Below, piece after piece: positions 9,646 through 19,149 of a stretch of DNA of 39,166 nucleotides; within the stretch, counting starts at the first letter, position 1, and each line of letters opens with the position of its first letter. Made by a program: the position numbers and the translations under genes. Origin of the DNA: Bdellovibrionota bacterium. Its GTDB lineage: Bacteria; Bdellovibrionota_C; UBA2361; JBIKUX01. Below the pieces are notes generated by a model, which did not search any database, was not told where the DNA came from, and saw nothing but the letters and a program-made list of their open reading frames with translations. The stretch is from positions 1 to 39,166 of the forward strand of contig JBIKUX010000024.1 in the NCBI GenBank assembly GCA_044347345.1, read 5' to 3'.

Positions 9646-10809
9646 TTGAATGTATATGTAGCCAGTGTGATTAATCACCAAGCCCTACCACATAGGAAAA
9701 CAAGCAAAGATAAAAACACGGCAATAAAGACCCTCAATAACGAAATAGTGCTTTCAAAGTTATTAACTATCGTGTGCGATAAGAACAAAGCTACTTACGT
9801 TCCGAGAATTTCGGCTAACACCAATCAGAACGGAGTAGCTCTCCTTCTCGTTTTAGGGATGATTACACTTGCAAGCGTAATTGTTCTAAACCTCTCCTAC
9901 AAAACCCTCCTTCATCAAGAAACAAGCGTGCTTAATGAAAGAAAAGTAAGAGCCGAATACCTCTTGAAATCAGCTCTTAACATTGGGAGAGTAATCATTT
10001 CACTTCCAGGTTCAATCGACAAACCTGAACAAAAGCCTTGGCGAGCTTTTATCCAAGGTCAATCTATTCCAGCTGACCTCCTTGAATTACCATACCCTAA
10101 CGTAACTATCTCTCTTGAGATCTCTCCAGAAAATCGCAAACTTTCAATCGAACAACTGAGATCAAGTTCAGCGGCTGACTACCGAGATATTTTTGTTAGA
10201 CTTTTTGATAATCTCGGATTCTCCACTGATCAAGATAAGTGGAATGATGGTAAAGGGAGCAAAAAATTTTTTGATTCTCGTGCAATGGTGGCCGCATTAA
10301 TTGATTATGTTGATGCTGATAATAACCCCTATCGCGAAGGAGCATTTACAGGTACCGAGGAATTCTCTTCAGGAAAGCCCTTCCCCAACAAACTACCTAA
10401 TCAGCTTGAAGAGCTCGGTAATATACCAGGATTTACTCAAAGAAGGATACGTTTGCTTACCCCACACATAAGCACAATGAGTGGTCTTACGGGAGTTAAT
10501 CCTAATTATGCTAGCGCTGAAGTTCTCACTGCGATTGACCCTTCCTTAACTACAATGCAAGCCCAAACATTAATTGACGTAGCTCGTGGCCCTGCAGGAC
10601 CACTTACAAGCACAACAATTCGAAATTTCTTCCCTAACTACTCTGACCCTAAGATCGGCCCTCGGTTAATTTTTAGCGATACTGTTCTTCAAATAATTGC
10701 AAAAGTACAAATAGATGGTAATTCGTTTTTTCTAAAAAGCATGGTTGCTTCAGCATCTACTGGTAGTTCATCTATACCTTCTCTACAGGAAGGAATAAGA
10801 ATCTATTAG
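9646..10809 (+). CDS. gspK: Type II secretion minor pseudopilin K (start uncertain)
   Basis: Prepilin site NQNG|VALLLVLGMI, ALIDYVDAD, LEELGNIPGF, VNPNYASAEVLTAI. Length is typical of GspK. Confidence 0.85.
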   Translation: MNVYVASVINHQALPHRKTSKDKNTAIKTLNNEIVLSKLLTIVCDKNKATYVPRISANTNQNGVALLLVLGMITLASVIVLNLSYKTLLHQETSVLNERKVRAEYLLKSALNIGRVIISLPGSIDKPEQKPWRAFIQGQSIPADLLELPYPNVTISLEISPENRKLSIEQLRSSSAADYRDIFVRLFDNLGFSTDQDKWNDGKGSKKFFDSRAMVAALIDYVDADNNPYREGAFTGTEEFSSGKPFPNKLPNQLEELGNIPGFTQRRIRLLTPHISTMSGLTGVNPNYASAEVLTAIDPSLTTMQAQTLIDVARGPAGPLTSTTIRNFFPNYSDPKIGPRLIFSDTVLQIIAKVQIDGNSFFLKSMVASASTGSSSIPSLQEGIRIY

Positions 10810-10865
10810 ATAAAGAGGTAAACTCACGTTCTTATAACAACAACAAATTGCGTTTCAGCCGATGG

Positions 10866-10874
10866 TGATATACT
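10866..10874 (+). promoter_or_regulatory. Candidate extended -10 promoter (TGaTATACT) for rpmB
   Basis: TGnTATACT with TTGCGT at 10848-10853 (15-bp spacer, suboptimal). Confidence 0.35.
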
Positions 10875-10920
10875 CTCAAGTCTAGATTTAACCAAAGAGA
10901 ACTAGTCAAAATTGTCTATA

Positions 10921-11012
10921 GCTCTTAGAATTACGGCTCTTAGAATTACGGCTCCTAGAATGCACAGGCTTCTAGAATGCACAGGCTTCTAGAATGCACA
11001 GGCTCCTAGAAT
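10921..11012. repeat. Compound 15/17-bp tandem repeat (GCTCTTAGAATTACG x2, then GCTYCTAGAATGCACAG x3 plus a partial copy)
   Basis: Six units share the core GCTYYTAGAAT; located between gspK and rpmB. Confidence 0.93.
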
Positions 11013-11014
11013 CG

Positions 11015-11047
11015 CCCGGAGAATTGTGAGTTTCTCGGGAATTTTTT
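11015..11047 (+). terminator. Hairpin plus T-run upstream of rpmB (terminator or leader structure)
   Basis: CCC(G)GAGAA...TTCTCGGG followed by AATTTTTT. Confidence 0.4.
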
Positions 11048-11090
11048 AAAAACGGCATAATACAACAATTTATAGTAAAGGTACTACATT

Positions 11091-11318
11091 ATGGCTCGGC
11101 AATGTATGTTTTCAAAAAAAGGACGTCAGTGCGGACATCGAGTAAGTCACGCCAATAACAGAACTAAGCACGTATTTCAGCCCAACCTTCAGCGTAAGCG
11201 ACTCTATGCTGCCTGGCTTGGCCGAATGGTAACGGTTAAAGTTTCGACTCAAATGCTACGCTCTATCGATAAACTAGGTCTTGAGCAAGCCTGTAAAAAA
11301 TTCAACGTTACTCTCTAA
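11091..11318 (+). CDS. rpmB: 50S ribosomal protein bL28
   Basis: GHRVSHANNRTKHVFQPNLQRKR...VKVSTQMLRSIDK; AAGG RBS. Confidence 0.97.
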   Translation: MARQCMFSKKGRQCGHRVSHANNRTKHVFQPNLQRKRLYAAWLGRMVTVKVSTQMLRSIDKLGLEQACKKFNVTL

Positions 11319-11393
11319 TAGCTAATTAAGGTGCATTTATAAGCTGTGTTGTTAAAAACTCAGTCCTGTTAAAAACTGAGGGTTAACTTTAGC

Positions 11394-11438
11394 AGATATA
11401 ATTGTAACATATATAATTGTAACAGGGATAATTGTAAG
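11394..11438. repeat. 15-bp tandem repeat x3 (core ATAATTGTAA)
   Basis: AGATATAATTGTAAC / ATATATAATTGTAAC / AGGGATAATTGTAAG, abutting the stop of the convergent gene. Confidence 0.8.
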
Positions 11439-11774
11439 TCAGTGTAGTTCTCCTTTACGGAGAGCGTTCAGCCGTTCTGCATTTAGGCGGACAGCTTCAA
11501 AACCTGAAAATAGAGTTTCCCCTGTTTCGTTGGCATCCTTAGTAACTGCCTCTTTAAGTGCTTTTGGATTTATTATTCCGAGTCTTTGCTGAGTTGGAAC
11601 AAAAATCTCTCCACAGTGACGACACTGCACTACCACTATAATACCTTCAAAGGTTACCCGTGTTAGTGCTGTAGTAAACGTTTCATCATCGGTACCATGG
11701 GCTCCACATCTGCTACAGCAGATATGTTCAAGAAACGTTTCAGCCAAGCCACGAAGGCGAAATTTTAATGTCAC
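11439..11774 (-). CDS. Hypothetical Zn-ribbon protein (CSRC...CRHC)
   Basis: 111 aa with two CxxCG motifs; GTGA 4-nt overlap with the upstream gene. Confidence 0.8.
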   Translation of the reverse strand: MTLKFRLRGLAETFLEHICCSRCGAHGTDDETFTTALTRVTFEGIIVVVQCRHCGEIFVPTQQRLGIINPKALKEAVTKDANETGETLFSGFEAVRLNAERLNALRKGELH

Positions 11775-12688
11775 AAAATTTTCCGTATCTGCTTTTTAAG
11801 CACTACCTCATTGCCTTGATCGTTAAAGGTTACGCTGTCCATTCCCCACCGCATCAAGGTTAACCCTCTCCCCGCCAAAAAAGGCTTATCTGATGATGTT
11901 TCCACTGACCCTACTGCAAATCCCTCACCTTCATCTCTAATTCGGATAGTAAGTTCATCATCAGCAAAATTAATCTCAACGACTAATTTTTTCCTACTAT
12001 AAAAGACATCGGTCAGTCGTTCTTTTTGCATTACAGAAAAACGATCGACGCCATCTCTGTCAAAATCCTCCTTCCACTGCGATTCTAAGGCTAGGTTTCC
12101 ATGTAAGTGAGAATTGGTGATTGCCTCTTGGAAAGCAACAACTATACGGCGCGCAGTTGTTGTATCTAGTCTACCGGCCAGTTGAAGTTTTTCCACTATC
12201 TCAAGAGGCAATAAGTTTCCACCCAGTGCTTCTGAAGAAATAACATAACTGGTTCTCTCTTCTTGAATGTTTTTGTACAAGACGCGGCGAGCAGCATCCG
12301 CATCCAGAGCGTAAGAAAAGCGAACTAAAAATTCTGTAAACTCCTGACCCGCTAAATCACTAATTACACAATCGTAAGCCCCTCGCCTTATCAGATTAAC
12401 CGCACGTTCGTAAGTTCCGACTCCCACTCCAACTATTCTTTCCGGCCCACGATGTTCGCGTATTAGGTCTACTAGAGAATCCAGTGTAGCATTACCTACC
12501 TGATCCCTAACCAAGATTAGAGAAAAACATCCTTCTCGTAAGGTAGTAAGCACTTGGTTAACGGTGAGGGAAATAAATGACACTTCCCAGCCTGGTAGCG
12601 CTCTTTCCTCGAGCACGGCCTGACTAGATTCTTCCATTCCCACCGCAAGCACCCTTGCCCTACCAAGGTTAGGGTCTGATTCAGCCAT
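11771..12688 (-). CDS. Pseudo-receiver domain fused to an RsbW/SpoIIAB-like Ser kinase (HATPase_c)
   Basis: N-terminal REC fold with GAYD but lacking the acidic pocket and conserved Lys. C-terminal N-box EAITNSHLHGN, G1 RDEGEGF, G2 GRGLTLM. Confidence 0.8.
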   Translation of the reverse strand: MAESDPNLGRARVLAVGMEESSQAVLEERALPGWEVSFISLTVNQVLTTLREGCFSLILVRDQVGNATLDSLVDLIREHRGPERIVGVGVGTYERAVNLIRRGAYDCVISDLAGQEFTEFLVRFSYALDADAARRVLYKNIQEERTSYVISSEALGGNLLPLEIVEKLQLAGRLDTTTARRIVVAFQEAITNSHLHGNLALESQWKEDFDRDGVDRFSVMQKERLTDVFYSRKKLVVEINFADDELTIRIRDEGEGFAVGSVETSSDKPFLAGRGLTLMRWGMDSVTFNDQGNEVVLKKQIRKIL

Positions 12689-12738
12689 ATTAGCTCTACT
12701 TAGATGTAGACTAAAAGATTTTTATATTTTTTGTGGAT

Positions 12739-13050
12739 TTAAGAGTCATCAACTGGCAGCAACTTATCCAACATCAACAATTCAAAAGTCTCACGAACAA
12801 AACCTTCAAGAGGTCGTACCATTAGAACCCCATTATCTGCCTTCAAGCGCTTGTAACACATAAGCACCTTTCCTATTCCGTAGCTATTGATAATTTGAAC
12901 GTTAGTTAGGTCAAGAACTACTGTGCGGTGTCCAGCATCGTAGAGAGTATTAAATGACCTTCTTAGTGCTTCTCCAGCCTGTTCGGTATCGAGATCTCCA
13001 CTTACACGAATATACCCACGCTCACCTACTTCGTCAGTTATAAATTCCAT
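12739..13050 (-). CDS. STAS-domain anti-sigma factor antagonist
   Basis: VSGDLD...VVLDLTNVQIINSYGIG...VRETFELLMLDKLL; phosphorylatable Ser retained in NSYG; GGAGG RBS. Confidence 0.9.
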   Translation of the reverse strand: MEFITDEVGERGYIRVSGDLDTEQAGEALRRSFNTLYDAGHRTVVLDLTNVQIINSYGIGKVLMCYKRLKADNGVLMVRPLEGFVRETFELLMLDKLLPVDDS

Positions 13051-13402
13051 TTAGAGTCCTCCACTCCTCAATTTTAAAAAAACACCTTGCTAAACCAAAA
13101 GTATCTAAATATTAGATATTTATTTAAATTTTCTTTAAGAACCTCAGAACACTACTACCCATGCATCCAACTATCCAAACCCACCCTCCAAAGACTTGAT
13201 AAGTTACCTAAAATTACGTCCATCAAAGACTTCAGTTAAAAAATGAAAGTACCTAACCTAGTTTTTAGTGTTTAATTTGAACTGGTAGATAGTTGGTCGG
13301 TTAGGCTAAAGATTTACTTAACTGGATTTAAATCAATCGAATTTTAAAATAATATCTGACTCTTAAAGGTACCCATCTTGTAGTTTCAAAAACTCATTGT
13401 AA

Positions 13403-15550
13403 GTGGTACCCTTATCAGCTATGAGTCGAGTAGCAAAAAAACCCTCCAAGCAAAATTATTCCAGTAATCAGAAGAACCGCCCATATCCGGTTGAAAAGAA
13501 TATCTCCGCTGTAAAATCGGATTATTCAGTTGAAGACAAAAGGTTTAGTTATCGAAACTTCATATCTCGTAAATTATCTTCCAAGATTTCATTAGGGCTG
13601 GCTCTCACTTCTCTGTTATTGGTAGTTATCGGCTACTTTCTCAGATACCGCTCATGGCACTTTGATGATAGTGCTATTGTATACCGCATTGTGGAAAATA
13701 TAGTTTCTGGATTTGGATTTTTTTTTAATTCTGGAGAGGCTCACAATGCAAGTACTTCAGTATTAAATCCGATTCTCATCGCTATAGTTTACTACTTAAC
13801 ACATATATCTGTTCCAGATACCGCCCACATAGTTGGAGCTTTATCTCTTTTTGCCTCTTCTCTTGGAACTTATTTACTTTTTCGCTCCACATCAATGCCA
13901 CTCTTTTCAACAATTGTTGGTATTTTTGTTTTAGTTACCGGAGCAGAGAGCTCAACATGGGGTCTTGAAAGTATGCTCTTTTTGGCTCTTCTTATATGGG
14001 CTTCTATTCTTGCAGAGCGAAGACGCCCTTCCTGGCTTTTACACAGCTTACTCGTTCTAACTCGCCCTGATGGCATCATTTTTGTGGCTCTAGTTTGGCT
14101 AAAAGCATTCTGGAATAATAGAAAGCTGTCACTTACCAAGTGCTTATCATTAACGGGAATAGTCACTTTTTTGTTAGTATTAACTCCTTGGATAATTTAC
14201 TCTCTCACAACTTTCGGGGAGATATTTCCTGCCACGTTGAGTAACAAGCGATGGCAAGCTAGGTCGGGATTCTGGGGCTCTGGTAACGTTTACTTAAGCG
14301 CACTGATATCGCACTTAAAGTCAGGACATCCACTTTCACAACTAGGTGTACCCTCTACACTGATAACACTCTCTGCAACTCTTGGACTTTTTGCCCTCAT
14401 TGCTCGCTCCAAAGAGTTAACTGCTCAAGCTTTATGGCTGCTCGTTATTTTTGTAGGAATACAACAAGTTGGATACGCATTACTAAATGTACCAGGGTAT
14501 CACTGGTATTTTTACACCTTAGATTGCACCATTGTATTGTTAGCAGCTTGGTTTTTTGCTACCGCGGTAAAACTCTTCACAATACCACCGGCACTTCCAG
14601 TTGCTTTCTTCTCGCAAATAGTACTTCTTGCTTTTTGTGGTACTTGGCTAGTTAGGTGCGCCAAACTACCGCCTCTTATTGATCAACGGGATCAAAGCTA
14701 CACGAGCGTCGCTAAAAAAATTCAAACACTCTCGCCCCCTCCAATAAGTGGAGCAGTAGCTGCAGTTGAAGTTGGTAGCTTAAGCTACCAACTTCTTAAT
14801 CGCCCTATCGTCGATATGATTGGCCTAACCTCTGCCAATCCTCAGTACCTTACAGAACAATATATCGATAATTTTTTTCGCGATCCTCCCGCTTTAATTC
14901 TTCTTCACGATCCTTTGTGGCCTCATGAACTCACTGTGGCAAATGATCCACGGTTTCATTATTTATATGAGCACCGTGAAGTAGCCGGAAATCCCCCCTT
15001 TCGCTTGACTATTTACTCTCTTAAGGCTGACCTTAAAGGAGAAGTATTAAATAGAGAAACGCTTCGAGCCGGTTTAATCTCTGCTTTACCTGCTTTTAGT
15101 CGAGTTGAGAACGGCGACAAGCTTACAGAGAATAAGAATATTGCTTGCATCATCGATAGAATTAACGGGTATCCGCCAACAGTAGAAGTAATTCGTTCTC
15201 AACTTCGACCATTTATTTTAGATGGTTGGGCGCTGGATCCATCTTTAAACTTTCTTTCCTCGGCTCGTTGGATTTTACTATCAGAGAACGAAGAAAGATT
15301 TGAGTTACAAGCTACAAGAACTGCACGTCCTGATGTAGCTAAACACTTTCAAAATCCAAATTATGAATTAGCTGGATTAGTAAACGCTAGTACTCTAATA
15401 GACATTCCTCTTGGATCGTACCGATTGGGTATAGCTATTAACGAAGCAAAAGAGCCTCTGACCAAAGATATAAATAACACTTCTGTTACTAGTCGGGGTA
15501 TAAAGGCCTCTGTCTGCTGGCTTCCTTACACAATTAAGGTCATTAACTAA
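13403..15550 (+). CDS. Polytopic membrane glycosyltransferase (GT-C-like) with a periplasmic C-terminal domain
   Basis: DD motif after the first TM (FDDSAIVYR...FFFNSGE), GLES, LTRPDG and many TM segments; C-terminal GWALD...RPDVA module. The start may be the ATG at 13421. Confidence 0.75.
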   Translation: MVPLSAMSRVAKKPSKQNYSSNQKNRPYPVEKNISAVKSDYSVEDKRFSYRNFISRKLSSKISLGLALTSLLLVVIGYFLRYRSWHFDDSAIVYRIVENIVSGFGFFFNSGEAHNASTSVLNPILIAIVYYLTHISVPDTAHIVGALSLFASSLGTYLLFRSTSMPLFSTIVGIFVLVTGAESSTWGLESMLFLALLIWASILAERRRPSWLLHSLLVLTRPDGIIFVALVWLKAFWNNRKLSLTKCLSLTGIVTFLLVLTPWIIYSLTTFGEIFPATLSNKRWQARSGFWGSGNVYLSALISHLKSGHPLSQLGVPSTLITLSATLGLFALIARSKELTAQALWLLVIFVGIQQVGYALLNVPGYHWYFYTLDCTIVLLAAWFFATAVKLFTIPPALPVAFFSQIVLLAFCGTWLVRCAKLPPLIDQRDQSYTSVAKKIQTLSPPPISGAVAAVEVGSLSYQLLNRPIVDMIGLTSANPQYLTEQYIDNFFRDPPALILLHDPLWPHELTVANDPRFHYLYEHREVAGNPPFRLTIYSLKADLKGEVLNRETLRAGLISALPAFSRVENGDKLTENKNIACIIDRINGYPPTVEVIRSQLRPFILDGWALDPSLNFLSSARWILLSENEERFELQATRTARPDVAKHFQNPNYELAGLVNASTLIDIPLGSYRLGIAINEAKEPLTKDINNTSVTSRGIKASVCWLPYTIKVIN

Positions 15551-15637
15551 TAAAGTTATTAATTAATCTTTAATTCAGTGAAAACCCAACTAGCGCTAAT
15601 CGAGCTCCATCATTATACAAATCCTAACTTAGGAAAA

Positions 15638-15716
15638 CTATAATAAAGAAGCCCTATAATAAAGAAGCCCTATAATAAAGAAGCCCTATAATAAAGAAGC
15701 CCTATAATAAAGAAGC
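15638..15716. repeat. 16-bp tandem repeat CTATAATAAAGAAGCC x5
   Basis: Units at 15638, 15654, 15670, 15686 and 15702; directly abuts the 3' end of rnpB. Confidence 0.97.
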
Positions 15717-16196
15717 AGGGAGAGGAGTGCCGCAATAAGCGGGATTCTGTTTGCAGCGGTCATTCATCTAGGCGCATATTTACACATGCGCTCAAGCGGC
15801 TCTACCCGAAGGTGTTGCGCTGCTTAAATGCAATAAACTTTTAATCTATTACTTTAAATGCAGTACAAGATGTGAACATCCACCAGAAGACAAAAGTCTT
15901 CTCACTTTCTGTTACGGCCTTGCTTCAACTGGGGTTTACCAAATCAGAACGGTCACCCGTCTGCCGATAGGATCTTATCCCTAACTGTTTCACCCTTACC
16001 TCAAAATCAAGCCTAATTCCAAAAAAGAGATTAAGCTTAAACGAGAATGAGGCGGTCTTCTTTTCTGTGGCACTTTCCTTCGGTCGCCCGAAGTCGCCGC
16101 TAGCGACCAGCTTTGTTCTAAAAAGTCCCGACTTTCCTCGGCGTAAGGAAGGATTCCTTCTTTACAACGCGACCGCTCACGTCACTCCTCTCCCTG
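15716..16196 (-). ncRNA. rnpB: RNase P RNA, type A, about 480 nt
   Basis: Minus strand has GAGGAAAGTCGGGA and ACAGAATCCCGCTTAT (P4 with compensatory changes), AGTGCCACAGAAA, GGTAAACCCC, GCAAGGCC, P18 with a GTAA loop, and a 14-bp P1 (16183-16196 with 15716-15729). Confidence 0.96.
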
Positions 16197-16217
16197 TTTC
16201 TAATTTTTATTGTTTTC

Positions 16218-16973
16218 TTATTCCTGCTTTTCATCTCCTGCTACTAATACTCTACTACACCCAGAGCACCTAATAATCTTGCCAGAAAAACGTATCTCAA
16301 GCAGAAGCTGTGGACGCACTGTCATTTGACAAGCACCACACCCGTTTCCCTTGATCAGGGCGATGGGATCTGATGGATACTTTTCACGAGATCGCTCGTA
16401 AGTTTGCACCACATCAGCAGAAAGTTTCTCTATTAACTCTTTACGACGAGATACTAGTCTTAACTCTCTATCTTCAAATGCTTCAAGCGAGTCAACGAGC
16501 CCAAGTGAAAGGGTATCAAATTTTTTGTTTAAGTCTGAAAGTTTTAAATTTTTATCTTTTACTAATTTCTCAAGTGATTCAATAGATTCAAGAACATTTA
16601 AAAGTAAGTCTTCTTTATCATTTAGCGCCTTTTCAGCAAATGATATCTCTTTTTCAGCTGTTTGCTGCACTTTGTAGTTGCTAAAGTTTAATAACTCCTG
16701 ACGACGCTTAACTAAGGAATCTCGCTCGTCTCTGAGAAGAATCTCGTCTTTACGATATTGCGCTTGCGCTTTTTGAAATTTAACTTGTACTTCGCTGATA
16801 CTCTGGCGTGTAGCCTTAATAACAGCTTTTAATTCTTCAACTTCGCTCAGAGCCGACTGGCGTTCAACTCGCACTCTCAATAAGCGAAGGTCAACATCGG
16901 CAAGCTCAGTTATTACAGACGCAGTAGATGATGATGATGATGATAATGATGATGGTGGTGGTTGATCAGTCAT
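16218..16973 (-). CDS. Coiled-coil protein with C4 zinc ribbon (DUF164; CT398/HP0958-like)
   Basis: Long coiled coil, then CGACQM...IIRCSGCSRVL. N-terminal poly-Ser arises from a trinucleotide repeat. Confidence 0.9.
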   Translation of the reverse strand: MTDQPPPSSLSSSSSSTASVITELADVDLRLLRVRVERQSALSEVEELKAVIKATRQSISEVQVKFQKAQAQYRKDEILLRDERDSLVKRRQELLNFSNYKVQQTAEKEISFAEKALNDKEDLLLNVLESIESLEKLVKDKNLKLSDLNKKFDTLSLGLVDSLEAFEDRELRLVSRRKELIEKLSADVVQTYERSREKYPSDPIALIKGNGCGACQMTVRPQLLLEIRFSGKIIRCSGCSRVLVAGDEKQE

Positions 16974-17130
16974 CTCAGCATTCTATACACTTTAGTTTCA
17001 TCGTTACACCTCTTATATAGCCAATCCCTGCTCCATTTTATAATTTATTTTTTTAAGTCTTAAGAGGGCTTCTTAAGCTACCCTATGTACTTATAATCAA
17101 GTCATGGTAAAGTATTAGGAGAAAGTAAGT

Positions 17131-17207
<77 letters not shown>

Positions 17208-17246
17208 TTAATCACATTATTACCACCATCACTAACGTTTCTATTA

Positions 17247-17309
17247 CTCTCTCTCGCTCCCTCTCTGTCTCCCTCTCTGTCCCCCTCTCTGTCTCCCTCT
17301 CTCTCCCTC
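17247..17309. repeat. Polypyrimidine 12-bp tandem repeat (CTCTCTGTCTCC-like x5)
   Basis: About 63 nt, almost only C/T, starting 40 bp after the tRNA. Confidence 0.9.
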
Positions 17310-17862
17310 GTAGGCAGGACTTGAGCACTGATACTGATATCGACCGCATCAAAATACAGACTACAATTACCTCTACTTCAATAGGCTAAAAACGTTACCT
17401 AAATTCGTTCTAAAGTCTGCAAACTGAGTCCAGAAGTCTCTACCGCCGCGGGATATTATATTATATCGGCCTAATAACATGACTGCTAAGGAAACATCTG
17501 TAAAAACCCAAACAATACGAGAAAGATTGTAAGTCGCTTTAATAAAACTGCCACGCTCATCAATGAAATACCTTATGTCATAGTTTTTGTGCTAAGGACG
17601 AATAACAAACCCACTAGAAGAATCGTCAAATGCCTCGAACGTAATTGTAAAACCTTCTAACGTAAAAGTTCGAGAGGTTTGACTATTTAAAATTTCATTA
17701 AACTTAGCTACTATTCTTGCCCACAAAAGTTCGTATGGTATTTTTGCAATACAGGCAAAAGATACAACAAGAGTACAGAACGGTAATGATTGATTGCGTT
17801 AATAGTCCAAGATACAAAAAGATAGCTTTTAAATTAATTCAGAGACCATTTATCCTAAAATA

Positions 17863-19038
17863 TTATATCAGCGCCTGATAAACCTTCTTAAATGTATCTG
17901 CTCTATGAAAGGGCGAAAAACTTGTTTCAACTAAAATTCTGGCCGCATTGCCAAACTTTTCAAACAAATCTTTCTGCATTAAAAGTTGCTCAAGTTTATT
18001 GGCCATTTCACTTACATCTCCCGGAGGAAATAGTAAACCAGTCTCTCCATCAATTACCACCTGAGGTACAGAGCCTACAGACGCAGCAAGAGAAGCCTTG
18101 CCAAAAGCCGCAGCCTCTAGGACTACGTTGGGAAGCCCTTCACTAATAGATGGTAACCAAAGAAAGTCACAAACTTCATAGAAAGAACCTATTTCCGGGG
18201 AAAAAGGCAGCATCGTTACAATATCATTTAAAGCAAACTTTTGTATTTTTGACGTCAAAATTTGCTTATCAGGACCTTCGCCAATAATCAAAACACGTAA
18301 GCCTCTAAGAATCGCTCTATTACGAATAGCTATTTCATTTAAAGCTTCAAGAACAAGGCCTTGCCCCTTTTCAGCACTTAATCGACCTACCACAATCACA
18401 ACAATGTCGTCTGAACTAATACCTAGTTGGGAGCGCAAATCATCCTTGGATAATCCAACCGGTACCCCACTTTTATCTACCGCATTCGGTATCACAACTG
18501 AATTTGTGGAATACGGAAAATATTTTTTCTGAGTCTCTGATACAAGAATGAGTTTATCAGAGAGAACTGCCAACACCCTGGTTAAAAAGTTATAAACTAT
18601 CACTCGCTTTGTTTCAGAGGTAAAGCCATGTTCCATTATGATCCACTTCGGAAAACTTTTTCCTCTTATTTTTGGTAATAATCTACTAATTCGAAGTAAC
18701 CACACAATAAAGTGCATTTTAAAGCTGTGTGTTTGAATAATATGAGGATTTACATCTTTAATCACCTCGCGTACGCAGCGCAGAAGTAGTGGGTCAAATC
18801 TAAATCTTTGCGGTATAACGGTAACGCTTCCCCCATACTCTCGCATTACCCGAGAAAAATCATGAAACGAAAGATGCGGATAAGAAAAAGTTAGAAATTG
18901 TATTGAAACCTGCCGCTCTGGTAGTAAACGAGCAAGTTGCATTAGACCTCTTGCCGGCCCACTCACGCGAACAGTGTCTATTAAAGATACAACTATACAT
19001 TCATCATGAGACTTTTGTTCTCTACATACCACCGTCAA
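17863..19038 (-). CDS. GT4 glycosyltransferase
   Basis: VVGRLSAEKG and PSISEGLPNVVLEAA (intact EX7E). Start uncertain. Confidence 0.92.
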   Translation of the reverse strand: MTVVCREQKSHDECIVVSLIDTVRVSGPARGLMQLARLLPERQVSIQFLTFSYPHLSFHDFSRVMREYGGSVTVIPQRFRFDPLLLRCVREVIKDVNPHIIQTHSFKMHFIVWLLRISRLLPKIRGKSFPKWIIMEHGFTSETKRVIVYNFLTRVLAVLSDKLILVSETQKKYFPYSTNSVVIPNAVDKSGVPVGLSKDDLRSQLGISSDDIVVIVVGRLSAEKGQGLVLEALNEIAIRNRAILRGLRVLIIGEGPDKQILTSKIQKFALNDIVTMLPFSPEIGSFYEVCDFLWLPSISEGLPNVVLEAAAFGKASLAASVGSVPQVVIDGETGLLFPPGDVSEMANKLEQLLMQKDLFEKFGNAARILVETSFSPFHRADTFKKVYQALI

Positions 19039-19149
19039 TTCCTTAAGCTTAATGAAAATTCAGTAATTTTTGGATGCTCTAAAGCTAATGTTCTATGTAA
19101 AGTTTCTATGTGATTACAACTTCACAAAAAAAATAATTAGATTGACTTC

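Noticed and set aside
16067..16273. 68-aa plus-strand ORF
   Set aside because: Overlaps rnpB and the Zn-ribbon gene on the opposite strand.
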